Below are positions 12,261 through 25,089 of a DNA stretch of 64,000 bases, in pieces (position 1 is the stretch's first letter; the number at the start of each line of letters is the position of its first letter). Under the pieces are notes generated by a model. It was not told where the DNA came from. It was given only the letters and a program-made list of their open reading frames with translations, and made no database searches. Made by a program: the position numbers and the translations under genes. This stretch comes from Amoebophrya sp. A120 (taxonomy: Eukaryota; Protista; Dinoflagellata): positions 8,597,097 through 8,661,096 of the forward strand of contig CAJINV010000003.1 in NCBI GenBank assembly GCA_905178155.1. The letters are read 5' to 3'.

Positions 12261-12441
12261 TTGCTATTTTTTATCATCTTACATCTAGGGCGAAATGCAA
12301 TTCCGCAAGGCATACGACTACTCAATCTTAATCAAGCAGAAAAATTGTAGAAGGCAAGTCTCCCTTTTCTTATTTATCATGTATTTTTATAATTTTCGAC
12401 TTTTTTCATTTTCATTTTCTTAAATAGTCTTACAATTTTGA

Positions 12442-15420
12442 CTAGGCCTTGCTGCTCTTGCTGCGCTTCTCAGCGGAGTTGGACTTCTTCTGCTTCTTCT
12501 CCGGCGGAGACAGCTTCTGCTTCTCGTTCTCGGGTGTCTTCGGAGCCGGAAAGCAAACGGCGCTCTCCTTGGTGAAGTAGCGGCCCTGGGTGTCGTCGGA
12601 GCCGAGCTTCAGGAAGTCCCACGAGGCGTTACCCTTGGCCAGCTTGCGGCCCGGCGCGCATCAGTGCGGGCATCTAACTTCGCGTCGGCGGCGGTCGCGG
12701 AAGACGCGGAACTGGAACTGCCACCGCCATGGCCGTCGGTTCCGTCGTCCTGGTTGACGCCGGTACTGAAGGCTTTCAGCAAGTTGACGGACACGCCCTC
12801 ATCCTTGTTCTTCTCCAAAAACGCCACGAGCTTCGCATCCGGCGTCTTCAAAAGACGGTCTTTCTCTTCCGGGGTCTTCGCCTGGCCGAGCGTGTTGAGC
12901 AGAGCAAGAGCGTCACGCTCTTCGAGATCCTTCTTTTCCTTGGCAGTCGACTTCTTCTTCTCCGGCGGCTTAATGCCTTTCGCTTTAGCTTTTTCCGCGT
13001 TCTTATCACCAGACAGCGTCAGCTTGGGGGACAGCGCGGTCTTCTTCGGGCCGAAGGGCAGCTTGAGCTGGATGCTGAATCTTTCGGGGCCGGAACCGAA
13101 GGCCTGATTGAAATTCAAAATTTAAATTGCGTCCTCTGTCGACGTAGTCGCGGTCGTGGTGAGATCGAGTCTGTGTGCTGCTGTGATGTAAAACAAGAAT
13201 GCGAACTAACTATGGGTAAGACTATGAGTCCGACTGTCCACGTGCATGATGAAAAAATCGACTTGCAACGGAGGCGGTTGCTTTCTCTGCGTCATCAACT
13301 CCCGCCGATGTGCAAAAGAAGTACGAAGCTGATACGTAGCCGTCGCTTGTGTCGATGATGTCTTTCGCTTTTTATTTCGACTTGCTTTTGTAAATGCAGC
13401 GTGATTGTATGCTACGGCGCAAAGAAAAAAAAAACTTAAACACCTCGCGGCGCTTGCCCTTGCGACGATTGTCATATCTTAGCAATACCACATTGCACGG
13501 GACGAAGGTCAAGGGCTCTTTGTCGACGTCGAGGCTGCTGTTGCGCCAGGTCATGTGCAATTTCTGGCACGCGCCGTGGTTCGGGTGATTGTTGGGGCGC
13601 TGCACATTAATGGGGATCCGCAGCGGGTAGACTTTCTGGATCCGCGTCTCCTCCTCCGTCAGCTTCCATTCCTCATTGATCTTCGTCGGGTCGGTCAACT
13701 GGTAGCACGGCATGTCGACACGCAAGCTCTCCGCATTCACCTGAGTAGGTGGCGACTCAGAGTTGGTAGCTAAGCAAACGCATTGCAAATTTACATTTTT
13801 GAAATGGTAGACGTAGCTCGTGCTAGGGATGAGAAAAGTACACAAATGCAAATATAGACGTAGACGCAGTCATGTTTTGGCATAGGACCAAGACGACGCG
13901 ACTGCAGCTCATGACGTCGATGCGCATGAAGAAACATAATACAAGCAAAGCAATAATATATGTAGAGGCATGATATGCATTCGCTTGCATATTCTGCGGC
14001 TCGACATTCGCTCTCCAGTAAGTGTCGCCCCCGCCAAAAGCGGCGCGCTCCGTGAGGGCGGCAATCGTGTCAGTGTGGTCCTTGGACTGCTTCTCCAGCA
14101 ACTTGATCAACTCCTTCCGCAATTCCGTCACATGCGGGGGGTCTTCGTCGTTCCGCTTCTTCGTGGGGATGCTGTTCTTTCATGGCGGCCTGGGTGCGCT
14201 TGTTGTGCAACTTCGTGGTGTCCAGCTTCTCCTTCTTGTGTCTTTTTTCTTCGGCGCTCTTCAGCGTGCGGACCTCCTTCTGCAGCGGGTTACTACCACG
14301 CTCCATAGTGACGGCCTTCTTGTCATCTAAAGACTTCAGCGGTCCGCTGGGGTCGAAGTCGAGCGCCACGCGGACGCCCTTTTGCATCGCAATGCTCGCC
14401 GCCAACGTAGCGCCAGCTTTTATCGCGCTGATCTGGCCCTGGATCACGTTCAGGCGGAGCACCTGGCTGGCGGCGAGGGTGTTCTTGACGACGGAAAGCT
14501 TGTTCGTCAGGCGCTGCGCCTCCGCGTTGGCGGCGCGATTATGCGGCCCGCCATTCTCCCGGGAACTGCAACCCGGCCTCCTGCGGCGTGGTGGCGGTCA
14601 CGATGTCGCGCGTGGGGTCCTCGATCGTCTGCACAAAAAATGGAGTTGATGCTGATCATGAAGATGCTACTCGATAAGGATAACACGACGGCGCGCGCTC
14701 ATCTACAACTCCAGCTTCAAAATCAAAATACAAAAATTGTTCGCGCCATGCGGTATAAGATAGATTATCCACGATGTGCCGCATGACAATTGTAGCATGA
14801 ATGCATGATACCACGCAGCGTAATGCTTTTCTGCGCGGGAATAGCAATCGCGCAGAGGTGCGCCACATGTTGGCTTCAGAATACCGTCTGCAATGCGAAT
14901 CAATACAAAACCATATCAAAGTTGGAGAAGCAGAGGAACGCGCGCCACGAAGATCATCGCGTGAGCTTATGGCAGTGCTAGTGGTAGATGTAGAAGTAGA
15001 TGCCCAGCAACAATCACGCACGAAATCAGACGCAATTTGTAAAATCAAAGTCACTAACTCTAATACGTATAGCGTAACGCCGGCTTCCCCCTCCTCGAAT
15101 GTCCTCCCTCCTATGGAGTTTCGACTCATCTCCGCCGTAAGATGAGTAGTCTTTTTATTGTACGGCGAGTCCGCATTTTCGGTCTTCCGGATATTGTATC
15201 TTAAGCAAGTAGAGACACTCTTTACTTCGCGGACCTCGAGCGACACGCCCCTGAGCCGCATGCCCTGCACGACCAACCCCTCGTCGTTCAAAGCCTGCGC
15301 CTGCTCCGCGCCCTTGGAGTTCGTGACGATTTGACCGAGCACGCACATACCCGCGACGCGGAGGACCTCTGGCATGCCGCGGATGTTCTGCGGGCGCAGC
15401 TTTAACCTGATAAGACGTCT
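12442..15420 (-). pseudogene. Multi-exon cargo gene(s), Lys-rich C-terminus, frameshifted
   Basis: GC3-rich blocks at ~15080-15410, 14000-14630, 13490-13745 and 12442-13105 separated by AT-rich intron-like gaps; frameshifts near 12650 and 14140; ends ...EKRSKSSKA*. Confidence 0.5.
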
Positions 15421-16320
15421 GGTTCGTAAATAAGTAAACACATATGGCGAAACCGAAACACAAATGTATAGCCGTTTGTGTATGGGTCGAGGATAACATC
15501 ACTCGCCGTGGTATGGCGTGCAGCTTTTTTCTCGCCCAGTGTAGCACGCAGAGTAACACTATTCACGACGAAGCAGAATGCTTAACATCTACAGCACATC
15601 ACTACAGTGGTAAAATGCACAACGGTTTAAGTGAATCAAAACAGCAGCGGCTAAATATATACTTCACAAAAGCCGCGTAAGTCTTTTCGTCGGCACGGCC
15701 GCCGAAGCGACGAAAATACCCCAAGAAGACCGCGCTGCTCTCGGTGAACGAGTAACACAGGTAGAGGCCCGCGGAGATCTCGAGGTCGGTATGGCAGGAC
15801 TGGCAGGCGGCCTGATATTTGTGTTAGGTGTTCGACGATGCAGGTGAAAATGGTAACAAGGCGCAAGTGAAAACGATGACAGTTGTGACAAGCATGAACG
15901 TAAAAAGCTGGCAAGAAGCTTGGCATTGCTGTGGAAGTTGAAGCCCTAATATAGAAGAAAAAACATGACGCCTCGCTTCGTTTTCTTTCTCTCAGAAAAA
16001 AACACAATATACCTGGAAGAGCTCCAGTCTCGTTTTCTTCACGCCCGTTGTGTGGTTGGCCAAGTACTGCTGGCACTGTTTGTCGAGCTGTTTATAAATG
16101 TTGTCGCTGTGACTTTGTTTGAAGATTATCACCCACGACGTGCAGTTGTGCGCTCACTTCGATCAGTGCTAAATTTGAATTTGTGCTGAGTGTACACATT
16201 TCAGCTGTAAAGTATAAGATTATCACGGAACCCCTTAGGCAAATGTTGCAGCCTAGACTTTTTGATTTTCATTTCAAAAAGTAGCTGACTCCTTAGCCCT
16301 AAACTTTATCTCGGACCAAG

Positions 16321-17238
16321 ATGAAGTCAAAAGGCAAAACCGCAAAACCTAAATCAACGAAGAATGCCTCTTCGACTAGCGTGGGCACTTCCACTACGGC
16401 AGTAGCGATGAAAAAGCGCACGCGCAAAACTAAGTGCACAACTCCGACGATGGTAACGACTCCGCCGAAGAAAGCAGTGCAGAAGGCGGCACAGACAAAT
16501 AAGAACACACCAAAAAGCCAACCAGGTGCATCGCCGAAGAAGCAAGAAAAGAGTTTGGAGGTGGATGATGGGGAGGAGATGCGGTCCGGGAGTATGAACG
16601 TGCCTGATTGCAGGCGGTTCGCGGGCCAGTTGCTACATTCTTGTGGTCAGAAGAAGAAGCAGGGAAGAAGGTGCCAATTGTGCTGGCTTCTCCAGTGCCT
16701 CACCGGCAGGCGAGGCATGGACGTTCGAGCACTACAACGCAAAGACTTTATGCTCGACAAAATTCGATGTGGCAGTTCGAAGCTTGCCAAAAGGAAAGGC
16801 GGTCGCGGAACTTTGACGCAAGTCCCGACCAAGACGGTTCCCGCAATGCGGGATTTTTTGGCTGCTATGCAGAAAGAGTTTGACGAAGAGGGCCTAGAAG
16901 ACAGCGACCCTCTGTTCGACTTCTCCTCCGAAGCCATGGCCAAAAAAATCAGAGAAGCCCGCGCCGACTTCAAGTGTCGCGGGAAGTTGTCCTGCGAGCC
17001 AGAGAGAATAACTTCGCATACTCCGCGCAGAAGTTTTGCTACCGAACTCTACAGGCAAGGCACCGCTCTAAGTACAATTCGCAAGCTTACGGGGCATAGC
17101 AGCTGCGACACCCTCATGAGGTACATCAATGGAGACATGTCTTTTGCGGTCGAAGCCGTAACAAAATTGTCGCGGAGAGCCAGCCCCGGCGGGCGACTGC
17201 CTAAGTTCCCGCTATTTTTTGAACCGCCCAAGCCCTAG
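16321..17238 (+). CDS. Tyrosine recombinase (phage integrase/XerC-type catalytic domain)
   Basis: Catalytic motifs in order: LTGRRGMDV (R), KRKGG (K), SHTPRRSFAT (HxxR), LTGHSS (H), LMRY (Y). Intact and intronless, with a basic N-terminal tail. Confidence 0.92.
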   Translation: MKSKGKTAKPKSTKNASSTSVGTSTTAVAMKKRTRKTKCTTPTMVTTPPKKAVQKAAQTNKNTPKSQPGASPKKQEKSLEVDDGEEMRSGSMNVPDCRRFAGQLLHSCGQKKKQGRRCQLCWLLQCLTGRRGMDVRALQRKDFMLDKIRCGSSKLAKRKGGRGTLTQVPTKTVPAMRDFLAAMQKEFDEEGLEDSDPLFDFSSEAMAKKIREARADFKCRGKLSCEPERITSHTPRRSFATELYRQGTALSTIRKLTGHSSCDTLMRYINGDMSFAVEAVTKLSRRASPGGRLPKFPLFFEPPKP

Positions 17239-17504
17239 CCTGGGCGAGCAAGCCCGCCCCGGGCAATAGGCCGAGGCGGGCCGCCTTTGCTGGGGACACA
17301 GGCGGGGCGCGGGCGACTTGCAGAACGCAGACGCTTGAGCCCATCGCCGGCGACCCGCCTGAAAGGCGCAGTGACGAAGCAATTGCGCCGCCGGCCCTTT
17401 CAACCGTTCTTGACCACGTCCCGAAATTTTCTAAGTTTGCGCCTAAATTTCAGAGCAACGGCCGACATAGGCAAAATCGCACGCAAATTGCAAAGCTGGG
17501 CAAA

Positions 17505-17702
17505 TTAGACAAAAAATAGACAGCAGCCGAAGCTGCCAAGGCCGCTTTTTGGACAGAAATTAGACAGGAAAATAAAAAGAAAAATAAACAGGAAAATAGA
17601 CAGAAAAATAGACAGGAAAATAGACAGGAAAATAGACAAAAAGTTAGACAAAAACTTAGACAGGAAATTAGACACGAACTTAGACAAAAACTTAAACAGG
17701 AA
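17505..17702. repeat. 12-bp minisatellite (tagacaggaaaa)n
   Basis: About 13 degenerate copies. Confidence 0.9.
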
Positions 17703-18409
17703 ACACACGCCCCCGCAAGAGCGCCGACTGTAGGAAAAATAGCGGGAAAATAAAAAGCCTGGCGCCGGGGGCGGCTCTCAGTGAAAATTGAAGACGTAGT
17801 CTGTTCCAGTTGTGAATGGTGATTGTGCTTCTGTATCTACGAGCGCGCGCTGCTGTGGAAATAATGTTGGCAACTGAAATGCAAACACACAGAAGCACAA
17901 AAATTCAAAACTTTAATACACAACCACGCGCCAGTATATGAAATCACCATCATCATCAAAAAGAAAAACTGTGCGCGTTTGTAGATGCTTCTGACTTTGT
18001 CTACAAAAATAGCCCCAAGGGCTTCGCTCCCCTCGTTCTTAAGACGAGTATATAAACTCGCGAGCTGTCCGCTTTCGGAGAAGGCAGAGTCCAGGATCTT
18101 GAACCTGATAGCTGTTGTTTGATGAGGATGTGATGATGAGGGTGTAATAGTACATGATCACAAGCGAAAGCGTGAGTAGGTAGCGTGAGAGAGTGAGAGA
18201 ATGCAGCAAGTGGCTTGGGTGCAAAGAAAATAAGTCACATCGCAAACATTTTCTGCAAAAACATGGAGCGAGTGCGAGCGTGATAGCTGCGCTGTTTCCA
18301 TGCAGTCAGATCTTCTATGAAAAGCAACTTGCTGCAATCGCACACGTCGTGTCATACATGGTTTGGGATATCTATATCATACAGACAGGAAAATCCACAG
18401 ACAACATCT

Positions 18410-19063
18410 ATTCAATCAAGAATGTAGCTAGATAATTGCAGCACATCACGCCGAAGCTCAGGTAGTCGCTTCCGCCCTGGTCCCTGTACATGATCACGGC
18501 CGTCCTCTGGTGGTTACCCGAGTAGCACCTCAAAGCACCTTTATGACGCGCGAAGACCCACGCTGTAGATGTAGTTTTGTTTTTCGAGATTGAATGTAGA
18601 TTGAAGTACGCAGGTTGTATATGTTGACAGCTGAGAGAGCATGCGAAACAAGAAAAATAAGAACACGAGTTGAGTTTTTCTCTGTAGTCAATGAAACAAA
18701 AATCACACAGAGTGCACATTCTCGGGGTCTGTAGGTCCCTTGTCCCATGGACACCTTGATCCCCACGGCGTTCTCGTAACGCCTCAGCATGTTCCCAGAG
18801 GCCTCCGCTGTTTGCCGGAGCAGCTGGCCCGTGCAGGGGATGTCGTTCGGGAATTCGATCGCGGCAAATCGAGACTCTATCCAGGACAGGTTGACGGTGC
18901 GCGACTTGATCGACCCTTTCGCTACAAGGTCTAAAAGCGCTTGCGTATGGGCCGGCGTCGGAAGACCCGTTTGCGCGTAGGCGGGCAAGAGCTCGCCGAC
19001 CCGACGGGCGTTGATGTCACCAGCGGCCATCACCGCGTCACCACCAGCGACGACCTGCGTCAC
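18410..19063 (-). CDS. Hypothetical cargo gene, at least 2 exons
   Basis: GC-rich exon ~18718-19063 (AGDINARRVGELLPAY...YRPREC) and a second exon ~18430-18540 (GALRCYSGNHQRTAVIMY). Confidence 0.45.
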
Positions 19064-19284
19064 CGCGGCGCCTCAGCCTTGGAATGAACGTCAAGGGAGA
19101 AGGAAAGCGCCTTGATTTTTTGTGTACACAGTGGGGCGAAGCCTCCGGAAAATGTCAAAAGTTGCAAGATTGTTTTTTAGTATTCTTCGTGTTTTCGCTC
19201 ACTCAGCTACGGTTTTTTATTGAGAGCTGGTTGCTGAAATGAGTGAAAATGAGGGAAAATGCAGAAAAGTATGCTGATTCTATA

Positions 19285-19430
19285 CATCTGCCAGCTGAAG
19301 CTTTCAGCTCAGACCTTGTTTCTTTCATGAAAGTGCTTGACTATTCAGCTACTTTGATCAAAGTAGCTGAATAGTCTGACTTTTACAAGCTTTTTTGCGG
19401 CTCTCAGCTGAAAGCTTCAGCTAGCAGATG
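19285..19430. mobile_element. 146-bp MITE-like fold-back
   Basis: 25-bp TIRs (catctgccagctgaagctttcagct, 1 mismatch) and a perfect central 38-bp palindrome at 19339-19376. Confidence 0.7.
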
Positions 19431-19966
19431 ACAAAAGTGCTAGGCTTATTGATGGAAAGTGATCTTTTCGGGGGAAGATCAGCAGAAGAATTGAATATTT
19501 TTCCACAGGAATGCATTGTCTTCGAGCCACAGACACCGACACAACTGGGCACAAATCAAGCACATAGCATCGCTTCAACTACGACGAACACACCTGGAAG
19601 TCGACCGCGTTTTCCTTCTGGTCAGACCTTTTCAGAAGCTATGCGCACACTCTTACAACTAAGATCCTGCTACTTTTTCCACTATTGTGCCTTTCTTTCG
19701 CTACTTCCTATCATACAAGCACAGCTCTTGCATTCTACAAATACAGCTCTACTCTACGTGCATTCGTTAGTATTGTACAGAAATTATCAAACAAGAGAAG
19801 CACACTGAACTTCATCGCTTGTGGTCCAACATGCGCAAGCAGCGCTTAACTTTTACAAGCAAGACGATGCGAATGTCACCTATACCATACAGATTCTATG
19901 CTTACAGCTGTACGAGCAGACTTCTCTTCACGAACAAAACGACTATACAAATACTGTTGCTCTGTA

Positions 19967-21690
19967 CTACATATCGTTATCACTTTCGTTGTCGCGGTAG
20001 CCTGCAGCTTTCCAGTTTTCGGCTGCTGCGATGAACGGTCGAAGCTCTTCACGCGACGCATCTTCTTCTTGCGCAGTCGGCTTTCGGAGGGTTGCGTAGT
20101 CAATCTGCAGGAGGGTGCAGACTTCGGAGATCAGTTCGCGTCGGGTTTTGCCGATCGAGGCTCGATCAAGGGCTGCATCTTTTACGCGTTTGCAGCACCG
20201 CCCACCTTCCCCCTGCGGCTCCGCATCTTCGTCCACCGGTATGGCTCCTAGCCGTTTCTTCAGATCAGGACTCGTGACACGAGCAGGAATAAAAGTCCTC
20301 CACTCGCTGTCTTCTGGCCTGTGCTGCATGTGCAGGCTCTGCAGCTTCTCGCGAAACTGTTTCTCGATGCAGACAGCCTGTTTGTCCACCGACTTCCACT
20401 CGATCTGCCTTCGTTGCCGCTTTCCCGGTGTGTGATGCTTCCTCCACCTTCCGTCGTTTGATCTCGCCCCGGACTCCGACCTTTCCGTCCACGGTCAAGT
20501 CGTCTCGTTTCACCTGCTGCGTAACCCAGTCACCTGGCCGGACCGTTACCACTATGCTTCGCGAAATCGATGTCACTGCTGAATCAGTTTTCTATTTCTT
20601 TTTCTTTTTGCATAATCAGCCTTCTATTCATTTTTGTGACAACAATACGCAGACCCGTATTGCAATTGGGGTTGCGCGTGCGCATGTATTGGATGCTCAC
20701 CCTGTATACACACCTCGCGCAAAAGTAGAAAACCTTGTGGAAAATGCAGCAGATTGACGTCTTGGCTTTCACAACATAGCACACACTTCGCGCCCATCAA
20801 AAGCCACTGCGAACGCGTCCCCGCCCGTGCTTGCACTGTTAACCTGATGCCGCAGGTTCACGCCAGACGTATCTTGATCCTTCGTAGCCCAGCCGGGCAA
20901 GGTTTTTACGTTGTTCCACAAAATTTCGTAGCGCTCCTTGTTGTCCCGCGCTCCCTTCTTCTTTACTTCCACCAAGTGTCCGCGTTTCTGCAGAATCCGG
21001 AAGCGCAAGCGCGTCTGTTCTTCTTGTCCTTGTCGCTTATCCTCCGCTGACAAAATCCGCCGCACCAGACTACCGCACTTAATATGCGACCGCGCCAGCG
21101 AAGTAGCCTTGCCCGGCCTCCACGTCTGATCGTAGACAATTCCCTTCGGGAGTCGCTTTACTACTGGCGCTACGAATTGGGACCCGTCCTGCTCGATGTT
21201 GCCTCCGATTTTACCGCTTTCCACATCCTGGCACTTGTCTTCCCCCAGCAAGTCTTCCTGTTTGTAATACACGGCCAGCGCCGTCTCGAGCAGCGGGCGC
21301 ATTGCAAGCGGATCGACAAGATAGCGCGTCAGCTGCGTCGTTTGATCTTCTGTTGCCGTAGCTGTTTCCACCCGAGCACTCCTGACGCCAGCATCTCCAG
21401 CAGCAGGAAAGTCCTCCATCTCCTGCATGTCGAACTTGTCGCCACACCACTGGAACGCGACACGCGACTTCGGCAGCACTTTCGGCTCGTGCTTTTTCGT
21501 AGGTGATGCGACCTTCCGCAAAACGTTTTCGGTAGTAGTATCGTGCCCCTGCTTCTCGCAAACATTATGCGTTCGCCTCTTGTCGTACAACATCGATGGC
21601 CGGTGGTCCAAGTCCTCCCAGTCCTCCCACTGCAGCGACTCCTCGCGGGCGATTTGCTCCCTGAAGATGGTGGCTGTCGTTTTTAGTTTT
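19967..21690 (-). pseudogene. Charged hypothetical protein exons, possibly the C-terminal part of the transposase gene
   Basis: ORFs 20769-21611, 20265-20576 and 19967-20389 lie on the same strand downstream of the DDE-like ORFs; in-frame stop near 21690. Confidence 0.45.
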
Positions 21691-21756
21691 CATGATCGCG
21701 ACAACTCCGACTAGTGCTATCATAGCGACGGCTGCGCTTAGCTGCTGGCTCTTGTA

Positions 21757-23706
21757 TCAACTGCCCCTACTGCAAATCAAATAAACAACGAGTACTAGTA
21801 TGTACCGGAGGCCTGCCCGATACATCTTTATTGCAGGAGCCATTTTTTTTATCAGCTCCACTGCGCTGCGAAGTGATTCTGTCAACTGCGTCCCTGGATG
21901 GCAGGTGAGGAACAACGGCGCCAGATACTGCTGCAACTCCACCGACATGGGCTCCCCCCTTGCCATTTTCTCCACGTCCTCCTCGAACTCCCCAAGCAGC
22001 ATAGACAAAAAGTCTCCAAGCTGATCTTCTTCGAACAGCATCAACGCCTCCGCGGCAAGCCGACCACTATCTTCGCGGAGTAGGTAGCTAAACAGGAGGG
22101 GCGTGGTCCAGAATTGTGTCTGCCGCCGTGGTAGTCGGATCCGCACGCTGCAGAGCAAAAGAAACCCCACGCAGTCCTCCGGCCGCGTAGTCGCGTGTTG
22201 CGCGAACTCCTCCGCGAACTCATCTTCATCCATCGAAAAAACCCGATGCATGGCTTGCGGTCTCGCCAAGGTCCATATCCGAAAGCAATGCTCTTTGATC
22301 TAGCTTGGTCTCGCTGTGCGACCGGTCGGCGCAGGAGAAGGAGGAAGCAACCGCATCGACGAGAGCCCAAAAATCTTCCCTCTCCACCGCCTCCCTCGCC
22401 GCAGCTGCTGTTTTTCTGTTTTCCTCTTTTGCTTTCTTTGGTTCCAGTTTCTTCATCAAATCCAAAGCCTTATCCTTTGCCGCCCGCAAATCCTCGCAAC
22501 GCGACCGCATGGCTTGCCACCGGTGGCTAGCGTATTCGCGGATTCGAATTTTATCCGGTCCTTCGTCCGGACCCCACATGCATCGTGGCGGCGTTAGCTA
22601 CCTTCTTCAGCGCGATGGCGAAGCTCTCGTCGTTGTGCCAGTTTGCAAATTGTTACCAACTCCGATTCCATCAGCGATAGTTGGCGACGGTTACGCAACA
22701 CATTCCGGGCGTAGAAATCGACGTAGTAAGAAGATGCTTTCTCTCCGCGGCGGATCTCTTCCCTTCGTTCTCGTCGCAGGGCGGAACAGATATCACGGAG
22801 TCTTCGAACACCTTTAAGACAATCCGACCCGCCGTCGGTGGCGCAGCAGAAGCACACTATGGGATCTGATGCCCACCTTCCCCGAGTCGCGCCAGGCACC
22901 GGAATCAGGTTGCCAGCTGTGTCGTAAATATCACTGACGAAACTTCTAAACCCGCCGGCTCCCCTCTTGCCCTTCGGCGCCATCGTTTTTACGAAGATCT
23001 GATCGCCGACGACGCGGACGCAGATGATGTCGGTTGCAACCATCTGGCCTTTTCTGAAATTCGTCTTATCCGGCGCGATTCTCACTGCCAAAAACGGCCG
23101 CCCGCGCTGCTCTATTTTCCCGTCAGCTGCTTGGTGTTTTTGTTCAAGTTTTCCTATCTTTCCATCCGCTTTGATCAGGATCGTGGACAGTGATTCACTT
23201 TCCCGGAAGATGTACTCCATCAACTTCCCCTCCGTTGTTGCATCCAAATCCAGCAGCGTTCTTATGTCAAGCTGGCTGCTCAGATCTAAAAGAACTCCGC
23301 ACTTGTCTTCCGACCGTTCACAAAATTTCCGAAAACAGTCCCGCTCTTTGTTGCAGCTCGCGATCATCGCATCTATCTGCTTCAATGCGTCGCGGAAGTT
23401 GTTTGCTGTTCCGCGGGTCGGTATTGCTCGTCGCAGATTTGTTTTACTGGGAGGAGTGGAAGCTTGGGCATCCAGATTCGACAGGTCAATTTGTTCTTGA
23501 ATATCTTCCCTCGTCACAACGCGCCCGCTCGTATCTTTCCCCGGAGAAAAGACGCGATCGCCTGCCTTTGTTGGCATTGGTTTTCGAGTCAGAAGCGCGC
23601 GTCGCCCGACGGACTTGCGATTCGAATGCCGCGAACACGCTCCCCAATACTTCCACAGCAAGTCGAACTGTGTGAAGTATGAGTTGATGAGTTTGCCATG
23701 CGCCAA
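21757..23706 (-). pseudogene. Divergent hAT-like DDE transposase, frameshifted
   Basis: Motifs in hAT order: LAVRIAPDKT (D1 ~23069), CCATDGGSD (D2 ~22835), SHRWQAM (RW ~22520), GTQLTESLRSAVELIK (ERxFSxxxxIK-like, E ~21878). Split over 3 frames; CxxH not recognisable. Confidence 0.55.
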
Positions 23707-25089
23707 AAATAAAACACAAAAACGAAATCACTCGGAACAAATATCACAAAGCTGGATACGCAGACGAAGTAGAGCTAGAAGTTTAAGAGAGTCACATCAT
23801 AAAGCGCGAGCGCGACAGTCATGATTTTGGTGGTGAAAGCTACGCCAGCGAAATCTGTCAACAAGACCCGACTTTCAACAAAACGAAAATTTTTTTTTGT
23901 ATCAGGCGAACGGGGCAGCCCGGCCCGAAAAAGTTTCTAGCATTCGCCACCGCTACGACGCGCGCTAGCTTTTTCCGGCCTCGCTGACTTATGAAAAAGT
24001 GCGCGCGCGCTAGCTGGTGGCGCGGGGCAGCTAGATTGCTTGTGGCCGTGCGTGTGGCTTCACCATTGCCGCCCCGGGTCAGAGACATACCCAACCGGCG
24101 TTCGCAAGCCATCAGCTGCGATTGGCGGATGCCCTCATGAACGACCACCAGAACCCAGGGGCGCCGGCGTTTTAGCCGTCTGGCCTCCCGTTTTGCAGCG
24201 CTGCTTCGCCTCGCCGAAGGCTCGCGCCCTGTGCTTCGCTGGGGGCTTCCATACGAACCCGCCAGGCGCGGAAGGCTCGGAAGAGGCCACCCTGCCACCT
24301 GCGGTTGGGCCCTCCCAAAAAACGAAACGGCACGCGCCAGCGCCGCCCATATCGGGCGAGGCTTTGGCGGCGCATGCGGCGGGCCCGGTCATGTAGCGGC
24401 CCGCGGGCCAACCCGCAGCAAAGATTCGCTGCGCGGGAGCCCGACAGATAGTTGCCATCCGGCCGGCGGGCGAAGGGCCGGGCGGCCGGCCGGCCGGGCC
24501 GTCCCTTGACCCCGGCCCTTGACCCCGGAGCTCGACGTGATTTTCCCGGGGTTTTGAAGCCCAAAAATGACCCAAAAATGGCCGCTAAATCGACCGAGAT
24601 AGCCCCTTGACGTTTTTGATCAACAAGACAGGGAAAATGGCCGCGCGTCGACCCCGGTTGTTGACGTGAGTGCTCGGAAAGGCCCGGCCATGTCGCCGAG
24701 GCCTCTCGGAGAAGGCATCCCGAGCCGGATCGCGGTTGCCTGGCTTCTTGGGTTGCGTGGGTGTGGGGTGGCATCGGGCACGCAGCTGGCTGCCCGGCGC
24801 GGCTGTGCCGCCCCTCGATGCGAAAGCGGAAGCGTAGTGGGCGCAGGTGGGCGGCCCGCATTCGCCGACCGCGCCAGGTTTCGGAAGGGGGCACGGGGGC
24901 AGGGGGAAGGGTTTTTGCCTTGGGAGGATTCCCAACGTGGCCCGCGTCGCAACCGCAACGAGCTGCAAAAAAAGCGCAAGCGGGGCAAAGGAAGCCAAAG
25001 CACAGCAGTGCGCCCAAAGGTAGCTGCGATGAGCATGCCCCAGCCCAAGGCCCCGAAGGTGGGAGATGGGACCTGCGCCGCTATGAGGC

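Noticed and set aside
16321-17238. DIRS retrotransposon or bacterial xerC/prophage
   Set aside because: No linked RT/RNase H or phage genes; the window's RT belongs to a separate TSD-bounded LINE.
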